From the NCBI RefSeq assembly GCF_006345805.1, contig NC_042998.1, forward strand, positions 94,860,001 through 94,924,000: DNA of 64,000 nucleotides, given 5' to 3'. This DNA comes from Octopus sinensis. Its lineage: Eukaryota. Shown here piece after piece: positions 1-13,139 of the stretch. The translations under genes and the position numbers were made by a program. Below the pieces are notes generated by a model. It was not told the DNA's origin, ran no database searches, and saw only the letters and a program-made list of their open reading frames with translations. Numbering within the stretch: the stretch's first letter is position 1; every line of letters begins with the position of its first letter.

Positions 1-59
1 GCTTTAAAAAGATTAGGGATAGCCTCTCACAAGTGGAAGCCAAAGATGAGACATAGAAG

Positions 60-490
60 AAGGCTAAGCAGACCTCAGCAGCAATACTGTGTCTAGTGAG
101 TCAGATATTAATTTACAGATCAGCAAAGCTTGGGTAGCACTTCAAAGTTTCAACACAATATGGAAATCTAAGGTCTCGAAGAATCTGAAAAGAAACGTCA
201 TCTTCACACTGTTGGATTTGTGCTGCTTTATGACTCTTCCATCAGGATACTAACCATAAAACCTGAAACTATGCTACATGTGCACACTTCCTACCATTTT
301 GAATGGGTCCTGGACAGAACACCTCACTAATAGAAGATTATAGAATAAACTTCCTAAAGTTTCAGACACATTTAGTGAATGAAGAATTCATATTTACTGT
401 ACCCTGTTGGTAATGCAAGAAACAACCATTTAGTGAGGCTTACACCCAACTTTGGACACCTCAGCATAGCCATAATCATCTTTGTAGCTC
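60..490 (+). mobile_element. Degenerate RTE-like LINE, C-terminal part of ORF2
   Basis: Manual translation from ~98 gives ESDINLQISKAWVALQSFNTIWKSKVSKNLKRN, then frameshifted ...TEHLTNRRL... and ...WTPQH, matching the post-RT region of RTE-type LINEs. Contains stops and frameshifts. Confidence 0.7.
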
Positions 491-534
491 TGTGAAGACA
501 TATTGGGTGTGGCATATAGATTTATCTATTATTT

Positions 535-945
535 AAATATGCCAGTGGCACGTAAAAAGCACCATATGAACATGGTCGATGACAGTGCAGCCTGACTGGT
601 CCCATGCTTGTGGCACGTAAAAAGCACCATTTGAGCATGGTCATTGCTAGCGCCACCTGGCTGGCTCCCATGCCGGTAGCATGTAAAAAGCACCATTCAA
701 GTGTGGTCAATGCCAGTACTGCCTGACTGGCCCCCATGCCTGTGGCACATAAAAAAGCACTCACTATACTCTCAGAATGGTTGGTGTTAGGAAGGGCATC
801 CAGCTGTAGAAATCTTGACAGATCAGATTGGAGGCTGGTGCAGCCTCCTGGCTTGCCAGTCCTTAGTTAAACCATCCAGCCCATGCCAGTATGGCAAGCA
901 GATGTTAAACGATGATGGTGATGACGATGATTATGATGATGATGA
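535..945 (+). mobile_element. 5'-truncated RTE 3' end: ~60-nt GGCACGTAAAAAGCACC units, core and (GAT)n tail
   Basis: Four degenerate units, then the core TGGTTGG..TTAGGAAGGGCATCCAGCTGTAGAAA...CCATGCCAG.ATGG and a GAT-repeat tail. Confidence 0.8.
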
Positions 946-1519
946 ATTCACCCATTTTTCAACCATAAATTAAAACATTCTTATTTGCAAAAATAGTTGC
1001 AAATGTATGCTTTCTAACATTCTTTTTACAGTGGCTCAAACAAGATACAAACAAATTGTAACATTGAAAATGGCTGATATAAAGAACTGCAAGGTGATAA
1101 AACTATAAAATGATGATTAAGGGCTATGGTGAAAGAAAAGATGGTTACTCTGAATTGTAAATATATGTGTAATATATTGTTAATAAATATAAGAATCATC
1201 TTGTAAACTTTCATTAATCAAGACTTAAACATTTTTTATTGTATGATAAAATGAATAATGAGTGAATATATATGTTGTACCTGGTACATCAATCACTTAA
1301 CAGATAACAGCAGATGCCACCAAGAACTGTCACATGCCATGGAAGATAAAAATGGTTGGAGGATCAATCTCATGCTAATCTGAGCAAGCTTAATTTACAG
1401 GAAATTCATGTAGCTCTGGTTCATGACTTATCCAGATTCTTTTAATAACCTCAAAATTACTCATGACAGATATCCAACTTTCACTGCATTCATGTGTATA
1501 ATTTTCTATTTAACCTTTA

Positions 1520-1728
1520 ATTTTTTTTTATCTGGCCCAAAATATTCTCCATTTTATGTTAAAACTGACCAGATCCAAACTCTCACCTCTACCCTAAAAT
1601 GTCATTCTAAAAATATACAAACAATAAAATGAAATCTTGAAGCTACAAGATAAGGTATGGTTAATTCAAAACAATGTGAATAAATAAGTATTACATTAAA
1701 CAAAGAAATCTGAATGCTAAAGGGTTAA
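1520..1728. mobile_element. piggyBac-like MITE (family with CCCTTTAGCATT termini)
   Basis: Ends GAATGCTAAAGGG-TTAA at 1712-1728. The body is homologous (reverse complement) to the copies at 3640 and 15141. Confidence 0.65.
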
Positions 1729-2604
1729 ACATATGGCAACCTAAAAATGGCATCTCTGATAATTATACCTGGCTTTTGGCAACCCAGTGTATTTACCTTC
1801 AGAATTAATCTCTCATCAAAGCATTGCTAAACCTTTAAACTTTTGTTGCCCCTGTCAGCCTGTATCCTAATGTCATTTCAAACATATTTCTCTGCCCGAT
1901 TCTCATAAACATGGTGTTTGTAATTCAGAATACTTCATGCGTCCTCACAGCACAGAACATTAGCAAGCCTCCTCTATTTTTTACCCTCTTCTAGCTAAGT
2001 AAACTTGCCATCTTGATTCCTACATAACTTCACGATACCGACTCCATTCTCACTGGTTTTTTTTTTTTCCATTCTCATTAAACATGTCCTTAATCCCTTA
2101 AAATCTATTACTTGATTGGGATTCTGTTCCAAGTACAGAAATGGTCAGTAGTTTGTAGCAGCATATTTCAATATGAACAAGCAGTTGTTATTCCTTCTAC
2201 CGCCTATTCTTTATCTAAGCAAGCATCGTCTAGTAACAATTAGAAATAGTACTTGATAGAAAATGTGTTTCAACTTTCAACTTTCACATTCTCCTTCTAG
2301 TTGTTATTTGTCTGGTAACCTTCCTGGTCTTTGAGACTATTGCTTAATTTAATTTTTTTCTTTTTTTCATATATACATAAAACAGATTAAAGAACTCACT
2401 GGTTCTGCTATTTACTGTTATCTGCTGTAGTCTACCATCATCCGACATAACAAAAACAACGATGATGATGATGATGAGGAGGAGGAGGAGGGTGATGATG
2501 ATTTTTATCATCAGTGATATTATTATAAAGGTGGTGATGATTTTGAAGATGAAAGAGTTAAGAAACCTAAAGCATCAAAGAAACACATAGAACAATTATC
2601 AGTG

Positions 2605-2870
2605 AGCTACTGTGGCCCAATGGTTAGAGTGCTGTGATCACAACCATAGAAGTGTTGGCTTGATTCATGAACTGGGCAACACATTGTGTTGTTAAGCAAA
2701 AGACTTCAGTTCTTGTTGCTCTAGTTAACTCCCCTGAAAATGAGTATTGTGTTCATTCAAGGGAGATCTCCAAGGAAAAGTGCAACAATCAGCTGCTACT
2801 GCTTTAGTTTCCACTAAAGAAAGATCAACAAGATGACCCAAGTTGCTCGCATCAACCTCAACTTGATGAT
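2605..2870 (+). mobile_element. Degenerate tRNA-derived SINE
   Basis: Head TGTGGCCCAATGGTTAGAGTGC...TTGATTC followed by CATTGTGTTGTTAAGCAAAAGAC, similar to the copies at 18118 and 22788. Confidence 0.5.
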
Positions 2871-3292
2871 GATAATGAGTTGGGTCAAAATGATTAATTC
2901 ACTGAGCAAAAAGGTTTCCATTAGTTAAACTATGTTTGGATATATTTTTACAAAGACAACAAAGAGGGGAAAAATACACAGTACAGTTTGTAATTTATTA
3001 CAATAGAAAACAAACAGCTACAAGCATTGAAATTTACATATACATGTGTGTGGTGTGTGTGTGTGTGTGTGTGTGTCCGTCCTTTTGACTTGTCTACAAC
3101 AAAAAGTTACCATTATCCAAAAATCTTAACCTCTCTTCTTGAGGTCAAGCACTTAGATTTGATATCTGTAGACATTTAACTAAACAGCTTAAAATTTACA
3201 AAGAAATTTTCTGCTTTCTAAATTAAAAAATAAAAAAAAAGTAGAAAATAGAAAAAAACACATTATCTCTCTCATTTATTTTTCTCCTTTAA

Positions 3293-3327
<35 letters not shown>

Positions 3328-3639
3328 TATATAGTAAACATTTTATTTATTTGTTTCGTTTTCTGCACACTGCAAGCTACGTTTGGTCAGTGAATGATTA
3401 CTTGGTTGGTTGTAAGATAAGAATACAGGAAGATGTAGCAGCAAAGACAGACTGTTTTCTGTAAAATAAAGAAAAAAGGATTATTATTATTATTATTATT
3501 ATTGTTGTTGTTAGAAGCAATATAAACTTAGAGAATAACACACAAAATAAAGTTTGTTTTACAATCTTAGTTCACTAGGGTTGGTAAGACGTTTCCTGGA
3601 TCCAATTTTTTGATTCCACAACTGACAGAAAATTTCCTC

Positions 3640-3866
3640 TTAACCCTTTAATGTTCTGATTATTCTATCAAACATAATGCTTATTGATTCACATTGATTT
3701 GAATTAATCATGCATTATCTTATATTTACAAGATCTTGATGGTGTAATTACCTAATGTAGAATAACTTTGTAGGGTAGGTGTGAGAGCCTGGATCTGGTC
3801 AGTTTGAACATAAAACAGATTAAATATTTTGGCCGGATATGGCCGGTTTAAATACTAAACGGTCAA
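3640..3866. mobile_element. piggyBac-like MITE
   Basis: TTAA-CCCTTTAATGTTC at the left end and degenerate AATACTAAACGG-TCAA at the right end. Body matches the copies at 1520 and 15141. Confidence 0.65.
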
Positions 3867-4099
3867 CACACTGATTAATGTAAAACAATGGAGCCAAAGC
3901 TACAAGAAGAACAACAATAATAACATTGCAACCTTTGTCATCATCAAACTGCCATTGTGATGGCAATCATTAATGTGGGTGATTTTGTATGCTCCAATCA
4001 ACTGAATGGTTTTGCACATGAACCATACATTTTTTGCCCCAAGTATTTCTGAAAGACCTAACTTTCTAAGATCTGATTGTTACATAGTATCAGTATCAT

Positions 4100-4560
4100 T
4101 GTCATTGTTTAATGTTCACTTTCCATGCTCGCATGGGTTGGACGGTTTAAACAAAGGTCTGGAAAGCCAGCGGCTGCACCACGCTCCAATCTGATCTAGC
4201 AATGTTTCTCAGCTGGATGCTCTTCCTGATGCCAACCATTCTGAGAGTGTAGTGGGTGCTTTTTACATGCCACCCTCATGGAAGCCAGTCAGAGGGCACT
4301 AGCATTGACCATGTTTGGATAGTGCAGTTTACGTGCCACCGACATGGGAGCCAGTAAGGGGGCACTGGCATTGGCCACATTCAGATGGTGCTTTTTACGT
4401 GCTACCAGAATGAGAGTCAGTCAGGAGGCACTGGCCACAGCTACGATTTTGGATTTACTTGACTCAACAGGTCTTCTCAAGCATATCATATCATCTGACA
4501 CATCAAAGGTACTTTTAAATGGGCTGGACATGCAACGCTGGCATTGGCCATGGCTGCAAT
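4100..4560 (-). mobile_element. RTE 3' end (hairpin, units and core)
   Basis: Reverse complement of the core (CAGCTGGATGCTCTTCCTGATGCCAACCA), the units and the AGACCTGTTGAG hairpin. Confidence 0.8.
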
Positions 4561-4648
4561 ATCACAGAATCATACAGTAGCCTACACTTCTAACATATTG
4601 TCATGTTCTTATCATATATTCAGTTAATTAGCCTCTCAGATTTTCGCT

Positions 4649-4756
4649 GTGGAGGGCAAAAAGTAAGGAGTTAGAAAAACTGGATATGATTCATTGGAGT
4701 TATAACTCCAATGAATCATATCCAGTTTTTCTAACTCTTTACTTTTTGCCCTCCAC
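4649..4756. repeat. 108-bp spacer-less palindrome (54-bp arms, 1 mismatch)
   Basis: GTGGAGGGCAAAAAGTAAGGAGTTAGAAAAACTGGATATGATTCATTGGAGTTA is followed immediately by its reverse complement. Centre lies between 4702 and 4703. Confidence 0.95.
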
Positions 4757-4888
4757 CTTTACTTTTCAAATTTCATTGCCATAAAACATCAAAGTTTGGT
4801 ATAAATCAGACAGCTATAGCTATGGTTCACAACCAGTAGTTTACAGCCAAGATCCATATGGTCATTGGGGGGCCGATGTTAGATTTTA

Positions 4889-4944
<56 letters not shown>

Positions 4945-5328
4945 GAGTTTGTATGTGTGCATGTGTGTGTGTGCATGCGTGTGTGTGTGCGCGTGTGTTC
5001 TTTATGCATTCTAAAACTGAGATGCCGATTTTGATGCAAGGGGTATCAAAGGATTCAGTAATTTTCCAGCTACCAAATAAACTTTATTTTCATTTACATA
5101 TTTTCTACGTTATTTCAACAACCAGCTTTAGTTATTTGAAAGACACTGATCAACAATGACCAGGTTTCATTATAAAGTGAAAATATTTTCACACTTTCAA
5201 TCTGAACCAAAATTACAAACTGTTGCATTATGAGAGTGACGATGTTTGAATAATGAAAGTAATGTTTCTCTGAATTAGTCACATCTGTACTATAATAAAG
5301 AAAACTGCTTATCATCTATCTATATATA

Positions 5329-5985
5329 TTGGGTCATCCTATCAGTAATGTGGTTTTTTTCATTTACATGAACTAAAAGTTGGAGGGGAACAGGATAAAC
5401 TACTTGCATCAACTTGCTATAAAAGCAGGTAGTAATTTTACTTTGCCCTTATTCTTAGGACAAGTTTTGAAGGATACAGTTCAATTTTAACAGTTATTTT
5501 TTCAAAGTTATAATGGAAGTGACAAAAAGGCATATTTATCATATTTTGCTTTATGGCTAGTCATTAAAGTCAGTGCTAGAAGAAAAACAACCATATTTGG
5601 TTTCAAGATGAAAGGTGTTCTTTCATCAGGGTAATGCTCAACCACATACAGCAAAGATGACATTCCAAGAGCTGGAGCAGTTTGAATGGGAAATGATGCC
5701 CTACACACCATATTCGCCAGACATTGTCCCATCTGATTATCATTTATTCTGCAGTCTTCAAAATCATTTGGATAGAAAAAACATGAATTCTGAAGACGAG
5801 GTCAGAACAGTAGTGGAGAAGTATTTTTCGTCACAGACAAGTGAATTTTGGAAGAGGGGCTTGCAAGTTTGCCAGATAGAAGAAAATGGAGAGTATATTT
5901 TAGATTAAAAAAGAACTTTGTTTATCGTGATTTTGAAAAATAAAAGAAGTGTGAAAAAAACCACGTTATTTATGGGATGACCCAA
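5329..5985 (+). mobile_element. Internally deleted mariner (Tc1/mariner, DD34D-type) transposon
   Basis: ~30-bp TIRs TTGGGTCATCC..TAA(T/C)GTGGTTTTTTT flanked by TA. N-terminal MEVTKRHIYHILLY is joined to catalytic-domain remnant FHQGNAQPHTAKMT...PYSPDIVPSDYHLF (second catalytic D mutated to G). Confidence 0.92.
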
Positions 5986-6329
5986 TATAAAAGCTACCAA
6001 ATAAACTATGATTTGGTACAACTCTTTTTTACTACTAAAATAACCCCAGAAACAAGGTGGGGTTGCACAATTTTGAGGTAATTTTCAGGCAATTTTTTTT
6101 ATTTGTTTCTCATGTTTCACTTTTGTCCAATGTTTTACACATGTGTAGAATTCTACTCAGACAAACATTTATGAAAACGTACTCATAAATATTGTATTAA
6201 AATAAGCCACAACCAAAACAATTTCAGCTTTCAACAGTTCCTCGCTCTGTTGTATGGTGGTCCCTAAAAAAGTTAGGAGTAGAGAAGTAGCTTGTTAGAG
6301 CTGTACAAACAATTACAGTGGTGCTGCCA

Positions 6330-8415
6330 GTAAGGTGAGGGTCGGCCATGAATACAGTGATGAATTTAGTGTACAAATAGGGGTTCACCAGGGCTGGGTT
6401 CTCAGCTCACTCTATTTATTATAGTCCTTCAGGCCATAACAAAGGAATTCAAAACTGGGTGCTCTTGGGAACTGGTATATGCTGATGACCTTGTTCTTAT
6501 TGCAGAATCTTTAGCAGAATTGGAGAAGAAATTCCAGGTATGGAAACAAAACCTGGAATCAAAGGGCCTTAAAGTTAACCTAGCAAAGACCACAGTTGTT
6601 AGTAAGAAAGAAGATAATACTCTCTTTCCGTCAAGTAAATGGCCCTGCTCAATATGTAGGATAGACACACAAGTGGAATCACAGGTAGATTGATAGATAA
6701 AGTCATCTTTGTGTATGGCAGATGTGCAGGAACAATAAGCACTAAGAGCAAACAGGACTTAGTTTCTCTCAAATGCCCAGGAGGCTCTCTTAAGGTTGTA
6801 GATAGTTTCTGTTACCTAAGCAACCAAATTAGCAATGGTTGAGGATGTTCTGAAAGTATTGTTTCCAGAATAAGAATTGGGTGGAGGAAGTTCAGAGAGT
6901 TATTACCTCTGTTGGCAACAAAAGGACTCCCTCTCAGAGTGTAAAAGGTAGACTATATGATACTTGTATGCAAATGGCTATACTCCATGGTAGTGAGACA
7001 TGGGCTCTGAATGCAGAAGACAAGCATAGACTGGAGAGAAATGAAGGTAGTATGCTCTGTTGGATGTGCAACATCAGTGCACATGTAAGGTAAAGTGCAA
7101 ATTTATTGAGATAAAAGTTCGGCATAAGAGGAATTAGATGTAGCATGCAAGAGAGAAGATTACATTGCTTTGGACATGTAATGTGTATGAATGAGGACAG
7201 TTAAAGAAGTGCCAATCACTGAAAGTGGACAGTACCCAAGGAAGTGGGAGATATAGGAAGACATGGGATGAAGTGGTAAGGACCGATCTTAGTTGAGCCT
7301 CACAGAGGAAATGACAATAAATTCACATGTCTGGCGATATGAAGTTCTCAACCACGTCAACGAAATTGAGTTCTAGAAGCGCTGTGTGTCCCACCCACAC
7401 TTAACAAGAAAACTTCTCACACACTCTACCACAACAAACCAAACTACATCTCTACATCTCTTCTCTTGTCACATTTCCACTTAATGCATTAGGCTTACAT
7501 CCCACTCCCCAATCCTGTCCCCTTGGCCCTGTGCCACTGTATCATTGCTCTCCACTGGCTTCCAGCCTGTGTACCACCCACACCCTGTCTTACTGTATCA
7601 TTGCTCTCTGCTAGTCCTTGATCTGTGTGTTCCACCCACACATAACAAGAAAACGTTTCACACATCCTTCACCCAATAAACCAATCTACACCTTTTCTCT
7701 TCCTCACCTTTCCTCCTTCTATATCTAGCTCTCACTCTCTAATCCTGTCCTTACAGCCCTGTTCCTCTGTATCATTGCTATCTAAATATACTGACTCTAA
7801 ATATACCCCGGGTTTTCACCACTCACTCCCCCTCCACACTCTTTAATCACGCTTCCTTCACAATGTCTTGCCATTTATATTATGGAGATTGAACCTCTAG
7901 GTATGCCCTGGCACCTGTCACCATGTATATCTCTCTCTTCCTTTACTCAACCATCCCATTTATATTCGGATCCCCGTCCCTTTCCCACCATCTCTATCCT
8001 GCTGTCTCCCCCCCCTCTCTCTCTCTCCTTCTCCTACACTTCTCTCAGGTTGGATAACTAAGTATTTCCTTTGCAGTAGCACACCTGTTTCTGTCTTCAT
8101 TCCTGATCTCTCTCTCTCTCTACAGCAAGACACCTGTCTGTGTCTCACTATAACCTTTCATCATCCGACACAAGAGCAGCTCCTCCAATGGCCCCTCCCA
8201 TCTCAAAAGAGATTTTTTTTTGTCTTGCTGTCCCTGTCAGTGCAGGTGTCGCTTAAAAGCACACAGTCCACACTATAGAGTGGTTGGTGTTCGGAAGGGC
8301 ATCCAGCTGTCAAAACACTTGCAGAAGTCTGGTGCAGACTTCTGCCTGGCCAGCTCTTGTCAAACCATCCCACACATGCCAGCATGGAAGGCAGATGTTA
8401 AATGATGATGATAAC
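6330..8415 (+). mobile_element. 5'-truncated RTE-clade LINE: RT pseudogene, pyrimidine-rich 3'UTR, shared core and (GAT)n tail
   Basis: Translates to GVHQG...FIIVLQAITKEFKTGCSWELVYADDLVLIAESL...KGLKVNLAKT...WPCSIC...GRLYDTC...LHGSETWAL...KTWDEVV. The 3'UTR ends in the same GGAAGGGCATCCAGCTGT core and GATGAT tail as the short repeats. Confidence 0.92.
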
Positions 8416-9954
8416 ATCCATTTCTCTATGTTATGAAGAATCTCTCTCTCACATGCACACGCACATGTACACATATATACAAAAAAGATGTATGCATATG
8501 TATTTACGTACGTGTATATGAAAGATAATGTGTGTGTGTGTGTGTGTGAGAGAGAGTGCCACTTACACATACATGCAAAAAATACATACACAACACACAC
8601 CTTCACCCACTGACTGATTCACTCTCTCTCTCTCTCATGCACTCATATACACACACACATCCATTTCAAATACACGTACATACATCTTTCACTTTCTGCT
8701 CTCACTTCAAAGCAAATGTTGCCTTTTCACTTTCTTCTCTCTTTCAATTTCTGCTCTCTTCAAAGCATAAAGAAATAAAAAAATTTTATGGAAATTAACA
8801 AACAATAATATGATCCAAATGATTGACCATATGATTGAGTTGACAACTTTGCTACTTCAAACGAAAGAATGCATAACATAACTTCCTTTGGCACATGCAC
8901 ACTCTAGGTAAAACTTCTGTATGAATTATGTTATTTCTTACTGTGTGCATGCACAAAATAACAACTCAAGTCCTATTGAAATTACCTTTATGTATTCTGT
9001 AATTTCTGTTTGTGATGCGCGTATTTAAAAACTTTGATATAAACTTAAAAGGAAGTTTTCCCAGAAATCTTGTCCTTTACCTTATTTTTTTTCCTAAATT
9101 TTTTTCCGATTCCTATGTTTTTGATACAGGAGATTAGGATTTTGCCCCCCAAAACACATTCACAATATTTTAATTTTCTCCCTCCCCAATCCAATTTCTT
9201 CATTTTTGCTTTTTTCAAAATCTTTTTCTTGGTAATCCATGGAGAAAAAAACAGACGGTACAAATCTTTAAGAATTTTCTTCTTTTTTCTTAAAGAAACA
9301 CTAAAATCTCCTTCCCAAACATCTACCCATCACCTCACTCAAAAAGCTACAAACTCCCAATGTATCACTTCTAACTTTTTGGAAAGTGGGTAAGTTTCTT
9401 CAGAAATGATGTTGTTTACCTGTTATTTCTAGCATGCTGGGTTTTCTGGTGATAGTCAGGTATTTTTTTATGTCTACTATTTCAGTATAATTCTATGCAG
9501 GCATGAAACATCAGATGAAACTGCAACATTAAGAAGTTTTAGCTTTTTGGAAATGTGTTGGCAAGGTGGGGGAAGGAGCATTGAGTGTTTCTTGAAGAAA
9601 AATTAACCTTTAAAAAATATATATATTTCCCAGATTCGTAATATTGTTCTATGTGGATAATAAAAAATTCGAAAAAAGTCACAAATCAAGAAATTGTGGT
9701 GGAGATGGGAGAAAATTAAAATTATGAAAATGTGATTTCTGGGCAAAATCATATTAACCTCCTTTTATATGATGAAACAAATTCATAGTTTGTGATCCTT
9801 CTTAAGAACAGAAAGCACTTTCATGTAAACCTATCCCACCTTCACTTTTAAACAAACAATAACTTCCATTACATCAGTAATCCAGTTCACTATATATCAG
9901 CTGTGCCGATTCTGCCCATAAGAAAGGAACAAATAAGACAATGTAGCTGTAGGT

Positions 9955-9990
9955 CATAACACCTGGGCAACGACGAGATGCACTGCTAGT
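9955..9990 (+). mobile_element. Possible Helitron-like (Lep1/HINE-type) 3' terminus
   Basis: CCTGGGCAACGACGAG...GCTAGT resembles a decayed CCGGGCAACGCCGGG hairpin plus CTAG-T end. The 5' end was not identified (possibly ~8970). Confidence 0.35.
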
Positions 9991-12589
9991 CTGCAATAAA
10001 TTGGTTATACTTCTACAATGCACAAACTACTTTGTCTTTTTATACAATTCCCAATAATATTTAATTATATTTAATTATAAAGATACAGCATGATTTTTTT
10101 TTTTTAACATACAGTGAATGACTAAGGAAGTTCAGTGGAATAAAACAGGAATCAAAGGAGTCCATAGGTGAAAAATGGTGGAGAATCAATGTTTTAAATA
10201 AATAAAGAAACTTTTGCTGGATATAGACTCTTCTAAGATTTTTACAACTACTTTGTACCAAAAGTACCAGACTGATACTAGTTCAAACCTCAGAACTAAG
10301 TAACCAAACACACCAACTCCACAATTAAGCATCAGAGCAGACCATTCCATTTCTTCATAGCATTCACTGTTGAATATTCCAGGGCAAATGATACAATTGA
10401 ATAACTGAAAGTTTGGAATCCCTGTTTCAGCAACACCTCATGTGCACTCAATGCTTGCAAAGAACAAGTATAACTATTACCTAAAAGTAATGATAGTATG
10501 TAATATAGTATACTTCATGCTATGGCAAGATAATCACTTTGAGTTGAAATTCAGGATATTTATCTCAACAGGAAATGAACAAGGTCTTCTTTTGCTTTTA
10601 AAAATTAGATTAAAAGAATAGTATAAGAAGTTATTTTAATTATGAGGCTGGAAAGGTAGGCCTCTGGTTTCAAATTCACCTCTCCAAGGATTTTTTTAGT
10701 TGATGTTATAACTGTTTACAAAGATTGGTCTATAAGTTAAAGTGCTAATTTAATTATAATTTCATTTTGCTTCATATCCAGATCTATTTATTTACACATC
10801 ATGATAACAACATAATAAATAATTTGTAACTTCAAGGTATTGTAAATAAGCCTCATAATTTTCCTTTTAGAACCCAATAGCTTAAGTTAATGGAAAAGTT
10901 AAACAACTTTATGCAATAAATACTATTAGCTTTCAACATTTTTTTTTTACAGCTGATTGTAAACTCTCATTAGGACTTTTAAAGATTTCTTGTACAAAAA
11001 CCTGCTTTAAGGACAGGCATTTCCAAAGTATTGCATCATAGTAAAAACTTAATTTACATAGTAAAGCGTGGTTAGAGAACAGTTTGAAAAGCACCATAGG
11101 AGCATCTATAGTACAGAAAAGTTAGTTTTTTAAAACTTTTCATATTTCAGTACTCAGATGGTAACATGCTAGGATTTCACAATTAAAGCATGTTCTATGT
11201 AAAGTAGTATCTATGATACTATAATAAAATTAGTAACTGTGTGTGTAAATTGGTATCTGCATGTGTAAATTAGTTTAATACTAAACTTGGTGCTAAGCAA
11301 GTGATATACTTAAACATTACCAATAAGTTTTGCCTCTAGTTGTTAATTTACCAAAAAAGAAAAATCTAAATGAAGAAAATGATAACATATTCCATATTGT
11401 TCATATTGCAGAGAAACTTAAAATGGGACAAAAAAAATCAGAATTCTAGACTTCTGGAATATAATTAGAGACAGTTATGTTCAACGACAGATATCAAATT
11501 CTTTTGAGAGAAAAAAGTTATGCACTAGGTTATTGTAAAATGTTCTAAAAAGCAACAAAACTTTCAGATATAATGTAAAGTATTAGAAGCTAGATAAGCC
11601 ACAGTATCAGAAATAGTAGTATCTTAAATGCTAGCTATTGTTTAGTAGGTAAGACTCAGTATTTTAACTATAATACTAATACTGGTAGTAGAGGTAAAGA
11701 TATTTACTTGATAATAGACCAACTATAAAATACAGTAGATCTCTGTTAATATAGCAGCTATAGTTGAGGTATACCAACTACAAAACAGGTTATCAGGAGA
11801 ATAGAGGCAGTTACAAGCTGAAAAGTCAGTGTTGGTACATCAGCTACAGTACAGTTTACTGTCAGTGATAGTTGCAGTAGTAGTAGTAGTAGATGTTAGA
11901 GGCAGATAACTTAGTCTTGATATATCAATAATAATACAACTACTGCCAATGCTTGCAGGTAAAAGAGATTGTTATTGAGATAGTATACTTTATACGTTGA
12001 TGTTATCGAAAGATAAAAATAAACAGAAACAAATACTTGGAGAATTGAAAAATATATGTGTGCATGTGTGTGTGTAATTATGTATATGTATGTGTATATA
12101 TATATATGTAACACTACCAGCCACTCAAGAAGGAATTCAATAATTTAACTCAGTTATCTTTCTTTTAAGTTTATCAGATGATTCTGTCTTTTGTGGCTTT
12201 GGAGGATACCTTTGTTATGATATATTGAAAGACAATCGTAAGCTGTATTAAAATTCAGCTAACACGAGGAAGATTCTGCTGAAGAAGGCTGTAGATTTAA
12301 CCATAAAATTATAATAAGTAGTGTCTCTCCTTTATAGCTTAGAATTAGTGGGTCATTTGGGTGGCAGCAGAAGTTAGCTAGCTTGGTTTGAGAAGAAAGT
12401 TCATGTGATTATTTCAGAATTTTCTACTAAAGAGACTAAAGACTGAGTCACTAACAGAAGCAACTGAAAATGATTAGGATATATACAGGAAAAGAATATA
12501 GAAAGTAAAGTTATAATGAGATGATTTTGAAGCTGAAAAATGAATTTTGCTGACACTGTTTCAGTAATAAAGTATAAAATTAATATTAT

Positions 12590-12800
12590 TATTAGTGATA
12601 AATAATGTGGTGAGCTGGCAGAATTGTTAGCATGCCAGACAAAATATTTAATGGCATTTTGTCTGTCTTTATGTTCTAAGTTCAAATTACATTGTAGTTG
12701 ACTTTGTCTTTCATCCTTTCAGGGTTGATAAAATAAGTTCTAAGGTCAATCGACTTTGGTCCTTCCTCAAAATTTCAGGCCTTGTGCCTATAGTAGAAAA
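12590..12800 (+). mobile_element. Degenerate tRNA-derived SINE (CATCCTTTCGGGGTCGATAA family)
   Basis: GGTGAGCTGGCAGAATTGTTAGCATGCC...GACTTTGTCTTTCATCCTTTCAGGGTTGATAAAATAAGT. Confidence 0.75.
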
Positions 12801-13139
12801 GATTATTGATAATAATTATCATTAATCAGAAAGTATATGAGATTTTAAAATAGATTCCTAATATTTTTATCATTGCTATCTTTTTTGTGAGTTCCAAGTA
12901 AATTATTTCTTAGGAGAGTGGAATTGGGTAATAGGTTCTGATGGGTTGGTGTTCAGCCTAAGTAAGACCAAATCTAGAATATCTGTGGTGTGTGGGTCTA
13001 CTGTCCAAGATATTCCAAGTTTCTATCTTGTAGGAGAAAGTATACTTTCTGACATGCAGTGTAGAAATCCAAGAACATTGCTTTTGCAAACTGCTGTTTT
13101 TGTGTGTTTATTTTTCTTTATCTCAACTGAATAGGAGGG

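Noticed and set aside
2455-2600. Acidic/basic peptide-like stretch DDDEEEE...GGDDFEDERVKKPKASKK
   Set aside because: Has an in-frame TGA, derives from a trinucleotide tract, and has poor splice context.
9433-9459. 27-nt plus-strand microexon candidate (HAGFSGDSQ)
   Set aside because: Lies inside a probable repeat-derived segment; such AG..GT pairs arise readily by chance in AT-rich DNA.
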